Source: Camelus dromedarius
Lineage: Eukaryota
NCBI RefSeq assembly: GCF_036321535.1
Contig: NC_087447.1
Location: 51,958,001 to 52,022,000, forward strand
DNA: 64,000 nucleotides
Direction: 5' to 3'
Part shown: in pieces, positions 10,442 to 20,482 of the stretch
How the letters are laid out: each line of letters begins with the position of its first letter
How positions within the stretch are numbered: position 1 is the stretch's first letter
The notes under the pieces: model-generated
Databases searched by the model: none
What the model saw: the letters and a program-made list of their open reading frames with translations, nothing else
What the model was told of the DNA's origin: nothing
Program-made: the position numbers and the translations under genes

Positions 10442-13400
10442 CTGTGACAAAAGTTCTGGAAAGCAGAATCTTCAAAAATAGATGTCTTGGGAAGCTGCCA
10501 AATGCACTGGGTTCTTCAAAACCTCTTTAATCCAATTCTGTAGTTCAAAAAAGGTCTGATGTGTGTCCAATCTTCTCTGTAAATAAGTCTCCATTCATTT
10601 GTTTTCTGTTTTTGTGACTTAGGATAAGAAGGAACTTGAAAAGCAAAGAAGTCAACACTCTCTTCTCCTGTTGCATCTTATTTATTAGGAATTCCTCATC
10701 TAAATAATTTCCTGATCAACAAATATCCTGGGATAACATGCAGGTGTGACAAAAAGGTAATGAGACTTAAAAAGTAATGAGAATTCTTTCTATAAACTTC
10801 AGATCGTGTACGGCTTCTTTCAGTTGCAAAAGCAGATACCCATTTTAAATTTGCTTAAGCCCCAACATGGAATTTATTGATTAAAAAAAAAAAGAAGTAT
10901 ATCCCATGCAACCCAAGAAAAAGTTGAATAATGTGTCCTTAGGAAGAGTAGCAACCAAGGATTAAATGCAGCAAGCACTAGCAGCCAATCTGCGTGTGTT
11001 TGTCTCTCTCACAGGACATACGGGTTTTCATCTCCGAGCATTTTCCTTCATTGCTTTCTCTCTACAGACTTTTTCTGTCTCTTGAGGTACATGTTTGCCC
11101 TACAGCTCCAAAGTTTACATGTCCCTGGTCTAAGCAACCAGTCCAGATTTCCTAGTGTTCTCAACTCCAATTTTTCTAAGAGAAAATGAGACTGGTCCAT
11201 TTGCGGGTCAGGTGTCCACCCCTAGTCCTATCAGCAAGGGAAGCTCACGTCCTCAGTATGTCTGCTGCGGGTCCACTGGCTAGGAGAGCGGGTGGGGAAT
11301 TCTCAGAGGAAGGATGGATCTGATAACTAAGCAGATACTTTGAAAGGTGTTTAACAGAGACATGAACCCAACCTTACTTCTTTCAGGACATACCCAATAT
11401 CTATCATTTGAAATTTAGAAAACTTAGGAAGGCATATATTTCTATTCAAGTACAAAATACATTTATATTCAAATATACATTACTTAGGAATGGTTATTTC
11501 TGTACCTGTTACTCAATTTTCAATAAAGATTTTTCTAAGAACCGATTACCCAAAGTTCAGCATTGGAATACCAGGGTGAGTGAGACTGGAGTCTTAAGAA
11601 GTTCAAGGTCTTTCTGGGGAGAGAAATAGGTAAGCTGATGTCTACAGTAGTATGTGGGCAATGTTATAGTAGAGGTACGTTCAAAGGACTGTGGGAACAC
11701 AGAGAAATTATCAACTAACTGTACAGGGCCAAACAGTAAGGGCTTAGGTTTTACTTGTTTTGGGGGTACCTACAGAGAGAGGCACAGAATAGTCATCAAT
11801 TAACCTTTGTTGAATTAGATGATGTAAGTAGTAACTCCTTCAATTTTGAGGCAAGAAACCTGTCTGGATTTAGAGAGTAAGGCGGAGAAAACCACTAACT
11901 GAAGATCTGAGTGGCTCCAACTAAGTTCATTTTAGGATATGCTTCTGAATTTCTTCCATCAATCAAGTACATCCATTCAACAAATACTTACTGAGCATCT
12001 ACTACTTGGCTAGGTACTGGTTATATAATGATGAACAGCATAGACAGGTTCTTGAGAAGTCTACCAAGTCACTTTACCCCCAAAAGCAATGGCAGAAAGT
12101 TGCCCTAGAAACTCACCTTCAGTAATAGATTATAACAACAAATTACTAGTTGAACTCAATTCACCCAATGTTCACACAACGGCTTCAGACTTGGATTTAG
12201 AAACAAAGGGCTAGTTTAAACATTCAATTCATGAAATATTTCAGACATAAAGAGAGAAAAGCTAGTTTGGGAATTTTTTTTAAGGAATATTTCCCTTTTG
12301 TCTGACAGACACATTTGCTTTTTTTTGGGAACACCAATTTTTGACACCTAATTCATTTAAGAGTTATTTAATGAGTACCCACTCAGTATATTCCAGATAC
12401 TCTCCAAGGCACTTAAGACACAAAGACAAACGTCCTCTCCTGTTCTCATGGACCTCATGTTCTAGCAGAGAAGACAATGACAGCACAAGACAACCAGTAT
12501 TTGCATATGGTTCCCAAGGAGCATAATGGAGGAAGAATGGAAGCCACGGGCCAACCCTTGGTATCATGAGGTGCAACTGATGTAAACACGTGAAAATGTA
12601 GACATCCCAGCTGCATCCTGGAGTGTCGCCACCCTTGAAATAAAGACTCATGGCCTCAGACAGTGTGATTAGAGTTGTTAGTATTTTGATTCTGGGTGAC
12701 TAAGAGGCGACAGGTGTATAGCCCGAGAAAGCCACCCAAGACCACTAACAGGCACGTGGAGACAAGCGGTGCTGAGTCAGGGTGCAGGGTGCACTCCAGC
12801 TCGATGGGCAGGCCAGGACTCTGTTGAGGGCTGCTAACCTACTGGGAAAAGTTAATCAAGAGTGAAATGTCAGAATAAAGACACAAAAGTTTCCACATAG
12901 GATATTTCTGTGGCTATGATCAAAGAACAGTTCATTCCTATGTTTTCTGAGACACATTAACCAGATATAAGAGCCTTCTAGCACAAGTTAGTAAACTAGA
13001 TGTAAATTGTTTCTTTTTTTTTTTTAAATCAAGTTGACACATCTGGTGGAGGGGAGGCTGCAGAAAGGAAAGGGAAGCACCTGGATGTTGCTCTTTTTCA
13101 TGCATAGGAGGAATCAGAGTGGGAGAGAAACACACATAGAGAAAAAGCACGGGAAAGGTGGTGGAAGAGAAAGGATGGGAGGAAAAGAGGTAAGGGTTGA
13201 GAGGTGTGGCAGGGTCTTTGCCACATGGGTTCCAGAGCAGTATCACTCTGCAGGCTGGTCTTCCTATCCTTGACAGAGAGGCAGAGAAGCCAGCTCAAAG
13301 GTACAGACAGAACAATCAAAGCCTTCAAAGAGCACATTTGTGTAATTATTACTTTTTACTGTAAAAATATTAAAACCTCACTGAAGGTTTCTCAGTGTGA

Positions 13401-13454
13401 AATTAAACTGCCTATATTAGAATCACTCAGAATGACTTTAAAAAACGCAAACTG

Positions 13455-14097
13455 ACTCCTCTGGTCCCAGGCGCGTTGGGATCTGCTGGCCTTGGTGCAG
13501 ACATGGCCAAATCGAAGAACCACACTATGCACAACTAGTCCTGAAAATGGCACAGAAACATCAAAAAACCCCGTTCACAATGACAAGAATCTCTAAAGGG
13601 AGTGGACTCCAAGTTCCTGAGCAACATGTGCTTTGCCAAGAAGCACAAGAGGGGCCTGAAGAAGATGCAGGCCGACAACGCCAAGGCCACGAGTGCACGT
13701 GCCGAGGCTGTCAAGGCTCTCGGAAAGCCCAAGGAGGTCAAGCCCAAGATCCCACAGGGCAGCAGCCACGAGCTCAGTCGACCTGCCTGCATTGCTCACC
13801 CCATGCATGGACTGCTCACCCCAAGCTTGGGAAATGTGCTCGTGCCCGCATCACCAAGGGGTTCAGGCTCTGCCGGCCAAAGGCCAAGTCCAAGGCTCAA
13901 CCAAGGTCGCAGCTGCAGCTACGACTCAGGCTCCAAAAGGCGCCCAGGCCTCCACAAAGGCTCCAGAGTAGAGGCCTTCATCTACTGATGTCAGGATAGA
14001 AGTACTGGTGTGACCCCTGGGCTGCTGTCTGCACGGGGCTCATGTCCTCCTGTGCTATTTGTAAAAACAAACCTGAGGCAGGAAAAACAAACAAATG
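13455..14097 (+). pseudogene. RPL29: RPL29 processed pseudogene
   Basis: ATG 13503: [21 protein letters not shown]...[25 protein letters not shown]...; intronless, with stops, a frameshift, decayed A-tail and 14-bp TSD AAAAACGCAAA(C/T)TG at 13441-13454 and 14098-14111. Confidence 0.95.
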
Positions 14098-14795
14098 AAA
14101 AACGCAAATTGTAGGCTGTTTCATCCTAGACCTTTTAGCGTGTAACAGACTTTCTAGGGTGGGGCCAAGATAATCTAAATTTTTAATAAGCTCCCAGGTG
14201 ATTCTTATACATAGTAGACTCTGACAAAGATTATACGAAATGGGAGTCCCTCAGACCAGGTAGCACATCCTATTTATCTGTATCCAGGGAGTCTAGTGCT
14301 GGACCTGGCACAGTGAGTGCTCAATAGGTTTATTGAATTGAACTGAATATATCAAACAGATTTTTAAAGAAAAGTCACTCTCTTCCACTGTGCTGAAACA
14401 GCTGATTCCATTTTTTTCCATGAGTCTCTGGTCCATATACACAACTTTCACACTATTGTAATTGCAAAGTACAATTTAAAAATTTTCTACACATTTTCTA
14501 ACTTTTTATGGCTATAAAATATTTTATTCAATATGCAATAGATGTCTTAGTTCATATCCTTTTTTTCTGAGTTTTGAAAAGAATTCCCTTAGGAGACCTT
14601 ACATTTGAGTAGTGTTTTCAGTTTATGAAACCCTTTCACACAGTCTTCACTGTTTCTCACAACACTCTGTAGGATAAATATCCTCATTTTGCAGAAGCGT
14701 ATACAAACTCAGAGATAAAATAACTTGCTTAAGGTTCTGCAGCTGGTAAGTAGTGTCCGATGAAAACCAGAGTCTTCTCCTGCTACATCTAATAC

Positions 14796-14868
14796 CTGCT
14801 CCAAGACACCAAACGTCCAGCACATTTTCTGGCAGGAATCTGACCCAACAGTTGCCTGATGCAAAAAC
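14796..14868 (-). pseudogene. ASTN-like exon relic F (73 nt)
   Basis: Acceptor ctccattacag, donor CAG|GTATTA, 87-nt intron from exon E. (R)FLHQATVGSDSCQKMCWTFGVLEQ versus recalled ASTN1 RLLQEATMSSLWC. Phase 2/0. Confidence 0.75.
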
Positions 14869-14955
14869 CTGTAATGGAGAATGTGGAAGATGGAAATTAC
14901 ATTTAAGGAGATCACTGGCCAACCATATCCTAAGTGTATAAGGAACAGTTCTTAC

Positions 14956-15383
14956 CTTTTGGCAAAGAAAACGTGTATATTAGTGGAAATCTTCAGTGAA
15001 AAGAACTTACTGTTCTTCAACAAATCTTTCTGTGACCGAAGCCCATTTCTGTAATCCCCAAGCAAAGGGGTCTGGGACTGCCCTGAGCACTCTGACACTG
15101 TCACTGCACCTCCCCAGCAGCACCACAGACACAGGAGGAGGAGCAAGGACGACCGGCTGCAGGACGGACCGGAGCGGCGCTGAAATGTTAAAGCTCTCCT
15201 AACATCAAGACTAGTCTCACAGGGTGCTGGGGCGGCCGCTGAGGGGACAGTGCAGGGAAGCGTTCCTCCACTAAGAGAAAGGCCCACTTGACAGGTGCAC
15301 TGCCTGGTGAATATACCCTGGTCGGGCGCAGCCCTCCAGGGGAGGACAGGCTGTCCCAGCTGAGCAGGTACAGAGACTCTGTT
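14956..15383 (-). pseudogene. ASTN-like exon relic E (428 nt, one frameshift near 15232)
   Basis: Long polypyrimidine acceptor (ctcttctacag) and AG|GTAAGA donor. QSLCTCSAGTACPP...NASLHCPLSGR/[C]PAPCETS...DLLKNSKFFSLKISTNIHVFFAK. Adding 2 nt restores both the phase arithmetic and the CxxxGRCPxxC motif of ASTN. Confidence 0.75.
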
Positions 15384-16327
15384 CTGTAGAAGAGACAGCC
15401 GAAGAGAAAGTGCATGGCTGTGTTTCCAATATATTACCCCTGCATGCCACTGGAGATGCAGGTTTTGTTGCTCTCAGGTCATAATCAGAGTTCTTAAAAG
15501 ATAAAAAAAAAATGTTCTCTCTTAAGGCAGAGAGTTCTTATTCACTGAAGGTTCAGTGAGTAAATGACTAGGGACTGAGGAAAATACACAAGAGGGTAAT
15601 GTACACATCACATCCAGGGGAAGGGATATGATCTCTGAGAGATTTTTCAAAGCTAGGATCCTGGGAAAACAGCAAACCAGCAGTTCTTGTGGAGCCAGTG
15701 TGCAGACAAGGTTCTGTACCTGGCAGAAGTTAGGTTCTGCCAAACACAGTTCTAGCTGTGTATATGTGCATTTGTAGCATGAAAAAAAAAAAAAAACCTT
15801 TGCTATAGGGGCCCATTAAGTTTCTATTCTCAGAGTATTGTCTTGAAATATCAAAGGTAGATCACTTTGGGGAGGATATTAATAATTCCCATCAAAGTTC
15901 TTTTACCTACCTATGTATATTCTAGATAAAAAGTTCTCTGCTTTCAGTTTCTCTGGAGGCTGAAAGCAGTGAACTTAAATTGTAGTCTTACTCTCCGTCA
16001 TTGTTGGGAATCCCTAATACAATCTCCGTAACAAATAAATTCACCTTTCATTAAACCAGGTGAATTTCAGGCATTGTAAGCTACAAAGGAACAAGGTCCA
16101 CATATTGTCCACAATGTAACATATTGTGGCTATGTTTAAAAATTTGTAAACTGTAAGATGATGTTCAAATGATAGTCATTCAATTAATAACAATTATGAA
16201 CAGAAAGGTATAGCAGAAAGTTACTGAAGAGTCGTAAACTACGTTAATTCAAAGATTAGCTGTCTGAATGACAGTTTAGGAATCATCTAAACTCCTGGTT
16301 TCTTTACAAAGGTCCCCCAGAAATTAC

Positions 16328-16456
16328 CACATAGTGCACCAATACTGGCTGTAAATCCACTAGATTCCAAACCAAACTGTGCAAGAGCCAGCTGGAGCCT
16401 GAGCTCCAGCAGACCGTCTCGGTTTCTGCGGAGTGTTGACAACAATCCTACATGAC
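16328..16456 (-). pseudogene. ASTN-like exon relic D (129 nt, MACPF signature region)
   Basis: AG/GTAATT boundaries; open frame HVGLLSTLRRNRDGLLELRLQLALAQFGLESSGFTASIGALC, compare recalled ASTN1 ALLDQFGNHYIQEAIYG. Phase 1/1. Confidence 0.7.
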
Positions 16457-16843
16457 CTGTCTTATGGAAATCCTACTGAATCATTTTTACGTAGGGTAAT
16501 TAAGGTTGCTTTCCGCTCTTTTCTTAGTGCTTTTTCTTTTAATTGGAACATAAACTGGGAAGAACTACAATCAGATATTACTCCCACCTGTTTTCTTTTT
16601 ATTATACATACTTTAGATTGCAGACTGAATACAAATATTGATCAGAAGCCAAAAAGCCCCACACATCTCTTATCAATTCAATCCAGACCAATCTGTCTTT
16701 CAACTCCGCATTTTTATGTTCTTGCCTCACCACTTGCTAAAATAAATAGATGAATAAATAGCAATCTAATCCAAATAAGCATCTTTCACCTATAATTATC
16801 TGAAGTAAGAGCTTTAAAGAAGGGTAGAGTTAATCCATCTCAC

Positions 16844-16919
16844 CAATTGCATCTTCAATGCCTGTTCAGTCGTGCTTGAATGTCTAGATTCAATTTATAA
16901 AGAATATGAATGTGTAACA
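16844..16919 (-). pseudogene. ASTN-like exon relic C (76 nt)
   Basis: Acceptor ctctctacag, donor GTGAGA. LHIHILYKLNL resembles recalled ASTN SNLYRVKL; ends GIEDAI+G in phase with exon D. Confidence 0.55.
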
Positions 16920-17233
16920 CTGTAGAGAGATGCTTCTGGCAGACTCTGAGAGGGACAAAAGGTCAAGCAGTTCCTTTGCTGTTCTGTGACAGAGTCTCTG
17001 GGCTGGGTCAAAGGGTGGGAGGGATATGTCTAGATCTGGAATGGATCACATACACAATTAAGTTCTTGTCACATCCCTAAAAAACCAAAAAAACAAAACC
17101 ATGACAGCACAACTTCCCCAGGCAAGAGGACAGCCAGATGGAAAGATACTATTTTTCTCCACCTACGTCAAAATTTGAAATGAGAATGGGAATTATGGAA
17201 AAAACATTTCTAAGTTTTAGAATATACTCTTAC

Positions 17234-17340
17234 TTGGATTACTATTTTGAGGTGACGTTTGGAAATCTTGGGAAAACAGACTTGGTTTTTCCCTTGTTGG
17301 AAACTGGTTACTCGAGTGAAAATTAATACCCTCAAATCAC
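17234..17340 (-). pseudogene. ASTN-like exon relic B (107 nt)
   Basis: Acceptor gtgttgaaag, donor GTAAGA. Open frame DLRVLIFTRVTSFQQGKNQVCFP...; an alternative frame at the end reads ...QNSNP. Exons B+C total 183 nt, which preserves frame. Confidence 0.55.
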
Positions 17341-18180
17341 CTTTCAACACACAAAATCAGCCCTGTATTATTACAGAATACATGGTCCTCAACTATTAAA
17401 TCCAGACATTTCATTCATTTTATGTAGAATTATAAATGCTGTTTGTACGTAGAATTTGGATGTTCATATATTAGCTGACAAGTGGAAATTTAAAAGTTTT
17501 TCCCTCTTGATGCTGCCTGCGAGCAACAGTTTAGTTTTGGCATTTTCATTACCCTTGTCTGACATTAGTGTTTGTTTTTGTCCAGTTCTTGGCAAAACAT
17601 AAGAACTGAACCAAAGATGGAAATTAGTAGGCTGAGTGGCAAATGTTTGGCTTCAATGAGCTACTTACTATGTGATCAACTGTGAAAGAAAAGAACGAAC
17701 AAATAAGTATGAAGGTTTTGAAATATATTGCTGGAGACTATCAAAAAGATAAGGAAGAATGTATGTTTGACTCCTAGAGAAGGACCTTCTCCCATCTCAC
17801 ATATGCATACACTGAACACATTTAGGTGTATGTACTGTTACACTTAGCCATTTGATTTCCCTATACATTTCTAGAGACCTAGTAGACATTAAAATAAAAT
17901 TCAAAGGTCACACTCTAAATCAATTATTTTTAGTGACTATGTCCAGCACAGATTCATAGAAGATTAAGAGATAGAAGGATCCTTAAAGTACATCTCCTTC
18001 AAAATGACAGTTCTGCAGATGAGACAACTGGAGGTCACAAAGATGATCTTATTCACCTAGTGCTTCTCAGCTAAGCTAATGGTGGCAATGGGACCAGAAC
18101 CTGTGGTTTCTCTCATTCAGTGTTCTTTCTATCACTATTATTTCTGATGCCCTGCCATCACGTTAATGTCACAATTTTAT

Positions 18181-18440
18181 CTGATTCCTCAAAAATCACT
18201 GCAGGCATGATTCCTGATAGCCTTGGAAACTACTAGTGCATCCAGGTTTGGGGCCTGTGAATGTTTGTGATTCTTGCTCCATGAAATACAGTATCAAGAA
18301 TGCCAGGGGGACGGTACAGCTCAGTGGTAGAGTGTATGCTTAGCATGCACAAGGTCCTGGGTTCAATCCTCTGTATCTCCATTTAAACAAACAAACAAAC
18401 CTAATTAAAAAAAAAAGACTTGAATGCCAAATCAGATTAA
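18181..18440 (-). pseudogene. ASTN-like exon relic A (SINE-interrupted; donor degenerate)
   Basis: With the SINE removed: NLIWHS*YCISWSKNHKHSQAPNLDALVVSKAIRNHACSDF*. LDALVVSKAIRNHAC parallels recalled ASTN1 PDGLVVATVPLENQC. Acceptor catcag; probable donor reads AT instead of GT. Confidence 0.5.
18306..18421 (+). mobile_element. tRNA-derived SINE (camelid type)
   Basis: GGGGGACGGTACAGCTCAGTGGTAGAG...GGTTCAATCC, A-tail, TSD GAATGCCA at 18298-18305 and 18422-18429. Confidence 0.9.
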
Positions 18441-19821
18441 CTGATGTTGCAAACATTTTTAAACGGTTTCTGCACTTTATCTTCCAGATCTAAAGCTAAA
18501 TGCCTCCTCCAGTAAGATTATCTGTGATTGCCTTTTTCTTTATAAAATTTTACAGGCCATGCCATATTTTAAAATAATACATTTGTTTACTTAATGACTG
18601 TGTATCTTTTGTAATAGACCGTAAATTCCATGATGGCAAGGGTCATTTCACTACTGTACCTAGCACCGTTCTTGGCATACAGAGTAAGTTCAAATAATAT
18701 TTGTTGAGTAAATAAATGAATTTAACTCTCTCCCCATGGCTGAGGCAAGCCTTATGGAAGCCGTAATTATCCCTTTTATCCAGTCTTAAACTGGGTATCT
18801 AAGCCCAAGGATTAAAGTTCCAGGGAAGTAGATTTTAGTTCAGCAAAAGCTGCCAATTAGAGAGGTTCAGAAATGGAATGAACTGTTTTGTAGGGTACTG
18901 AGCTCTTTGCCAAGAGGCTGCCAAGGTGCATAGGATCTCTCTGCTTTGCGCAGAAGTTTGACCTTGACCATCTCTCAGTGCCTTTCACGACTTCCAACTC
19001 TGAAGTTCTAAAGTTCTTTTCAGTTGCTTGATTTTGAGTTAGGTTAAAGTAAAGTGCACACAGAAATCATTAGGAAGTAACCGAAGTCATCTAAATGAGA
19101 CTTAGAAAATTGATTTTTCAGGCATGCATGCCTTTTTATAATTGTTTGATACATACAAATCCTGAGTTTACAATTTACCGTAAGTCTGTATATCCTCATC
19201 TCAATGAAAACTAAAAGATTTTTTAAAAATTTGTGTAGCATTCCACAGTTTTAAACACACATGCACAGACACACACACTTTCATGTAATTATGATCAGCT
19301 CTGTGAGGAAAATGATGTGTACGTTCATACAGAGGAGGTGGCTTACTCAAACTTACACATGCAAGTGCTAGAACTGTCAGGCTTCTAACTCCCAAATCAA
19401 TGACCTTCTAACTCTAATACACTCTGTTACTTTTTGACTCCAGAATTATCCACCCTCTAGGTTTAGCCATACTGCATCCTCATCTTGGATTGAAAATACC
19501 TTTCTTCCAAATTTCACTTGGAAAAGGCCAAATGGAATTTAAAAACCTGTTTTTTTCTTTGATAGGTATCAAAAATCTATTTTACTGATTATCAGAGATG
19601 TTATAAATATCTGACACAAACTAACTGTAACACAACAGTGATTAGGTTAAATAATTAAAACTTCTTGTTAGCTCATAACTAAGGAGCAGTTGTTTCTAAA
19701 AAACCTTTTTACTGAAGTGTAGTTGATTTACAATGTTAGTTTCAAGGATCAATAGCTATTAAATGTGATTTTTTTTCACACAGTCTGATGAAAAAAAAAG
19801 ATTTCAACTCACAATAGCAAC

Positions 19822-19927
19822 TTTATTAACTCAATTAAGACCTGAAAAAGGATTTTCTTCTGAAAATAAGATGGGAATTTATCATAGGTTAAAGGGCAAG
19901 GAAGAAGAGATCCAGGAACATTTTATT
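19822..19927 (-). terminator. candidate NARS2 polyadenylation signals
   Basis: AATAAA on the minus strand at 19927-19922 and 19827-19822, 0.4-0.5 kb after the stop. Confidence 0.5.
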
Positions 19928-20317
19928 TTTAGCTACTAGTTGTTTCTCAAAGGTGACACAGGGCAGTGGTCTACAGATTAAAGACAAAATAAAATACACT
20001 ATTTCATCCTGTCTTAGAGTTTGAAAGGACCTTTCAGACCATCTAGTTCAATTTCTTCATTTTGTCTTAATTGACACAGTAGATTTGAGATTCTATCTGC
20101 TATAAGTACCTCTTCTTGAAGGAGTTCATCTTTCTGTGAAATGGCTTCAACTTTCTAGAAAAATCAAGATCACATGTATTTTTCATACCTCTTATGGCAT
20201 GACAATTACATGCTGAAAATCTCTGCATTTCTAAAATTCAAGTATGTATTCTCCTGGTATATGTGTTCATGTGCAGTACCTCTGGCATGGGGTGATTTTC
20301 CTCAATCAGTCTTCCAG

Positions 20318-20482
<165 letters not shown>

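Larger units (their letters stand above)
5336..18440 (-). pseudogene. multi-exon astrotactin-like (ASTN1/ASTN2-related) unitary pseudogene, overall span
   Basis: About 15 AG...GT-bounded segments with mostly chained phases. Translation shows collinear ASTN-like motifs (DALVV..C, LAQFG, GR[C]PAPC, RFLHQAT, GxDxxxxCxxLxQP, LxWxD, IVD, CVGTRG, VDD, ELGP, SEE), many stops, a frameshift and exonic SINEs. Confidence 0.8.

Noticed and set aside
13547..13999. 150-aa ORF overlapping the RPL29 copy as a novel gene
   Set aside because: Alternative-frame product of the frameshifted retrocopy; no independent support.
15080..15160. LLLLLCLWCCWGG read as the signal peptide of a separate small secreted protein
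   Set aside because: No in-frame ATG, and the segment lies inside relic exon E, which has a strong upstream acceptor and phase-matched neighbours.
18306..18380. tRNA-like sequences here and at the other SINE positions as real tRNA genes
   Set aside because: They have A-rich tails, TSDs and multiple diverged copies, so they are SINEs.
19044..19241. ORF MLHKFLKNLLVFIEMRIYRLT with a possible donor, as first exon of the relic gene
   Set aside because: Weak hydrophobic core, donor phase (0) does not match exon A (1) and no recognisable homology; not supportable without an orthologue.
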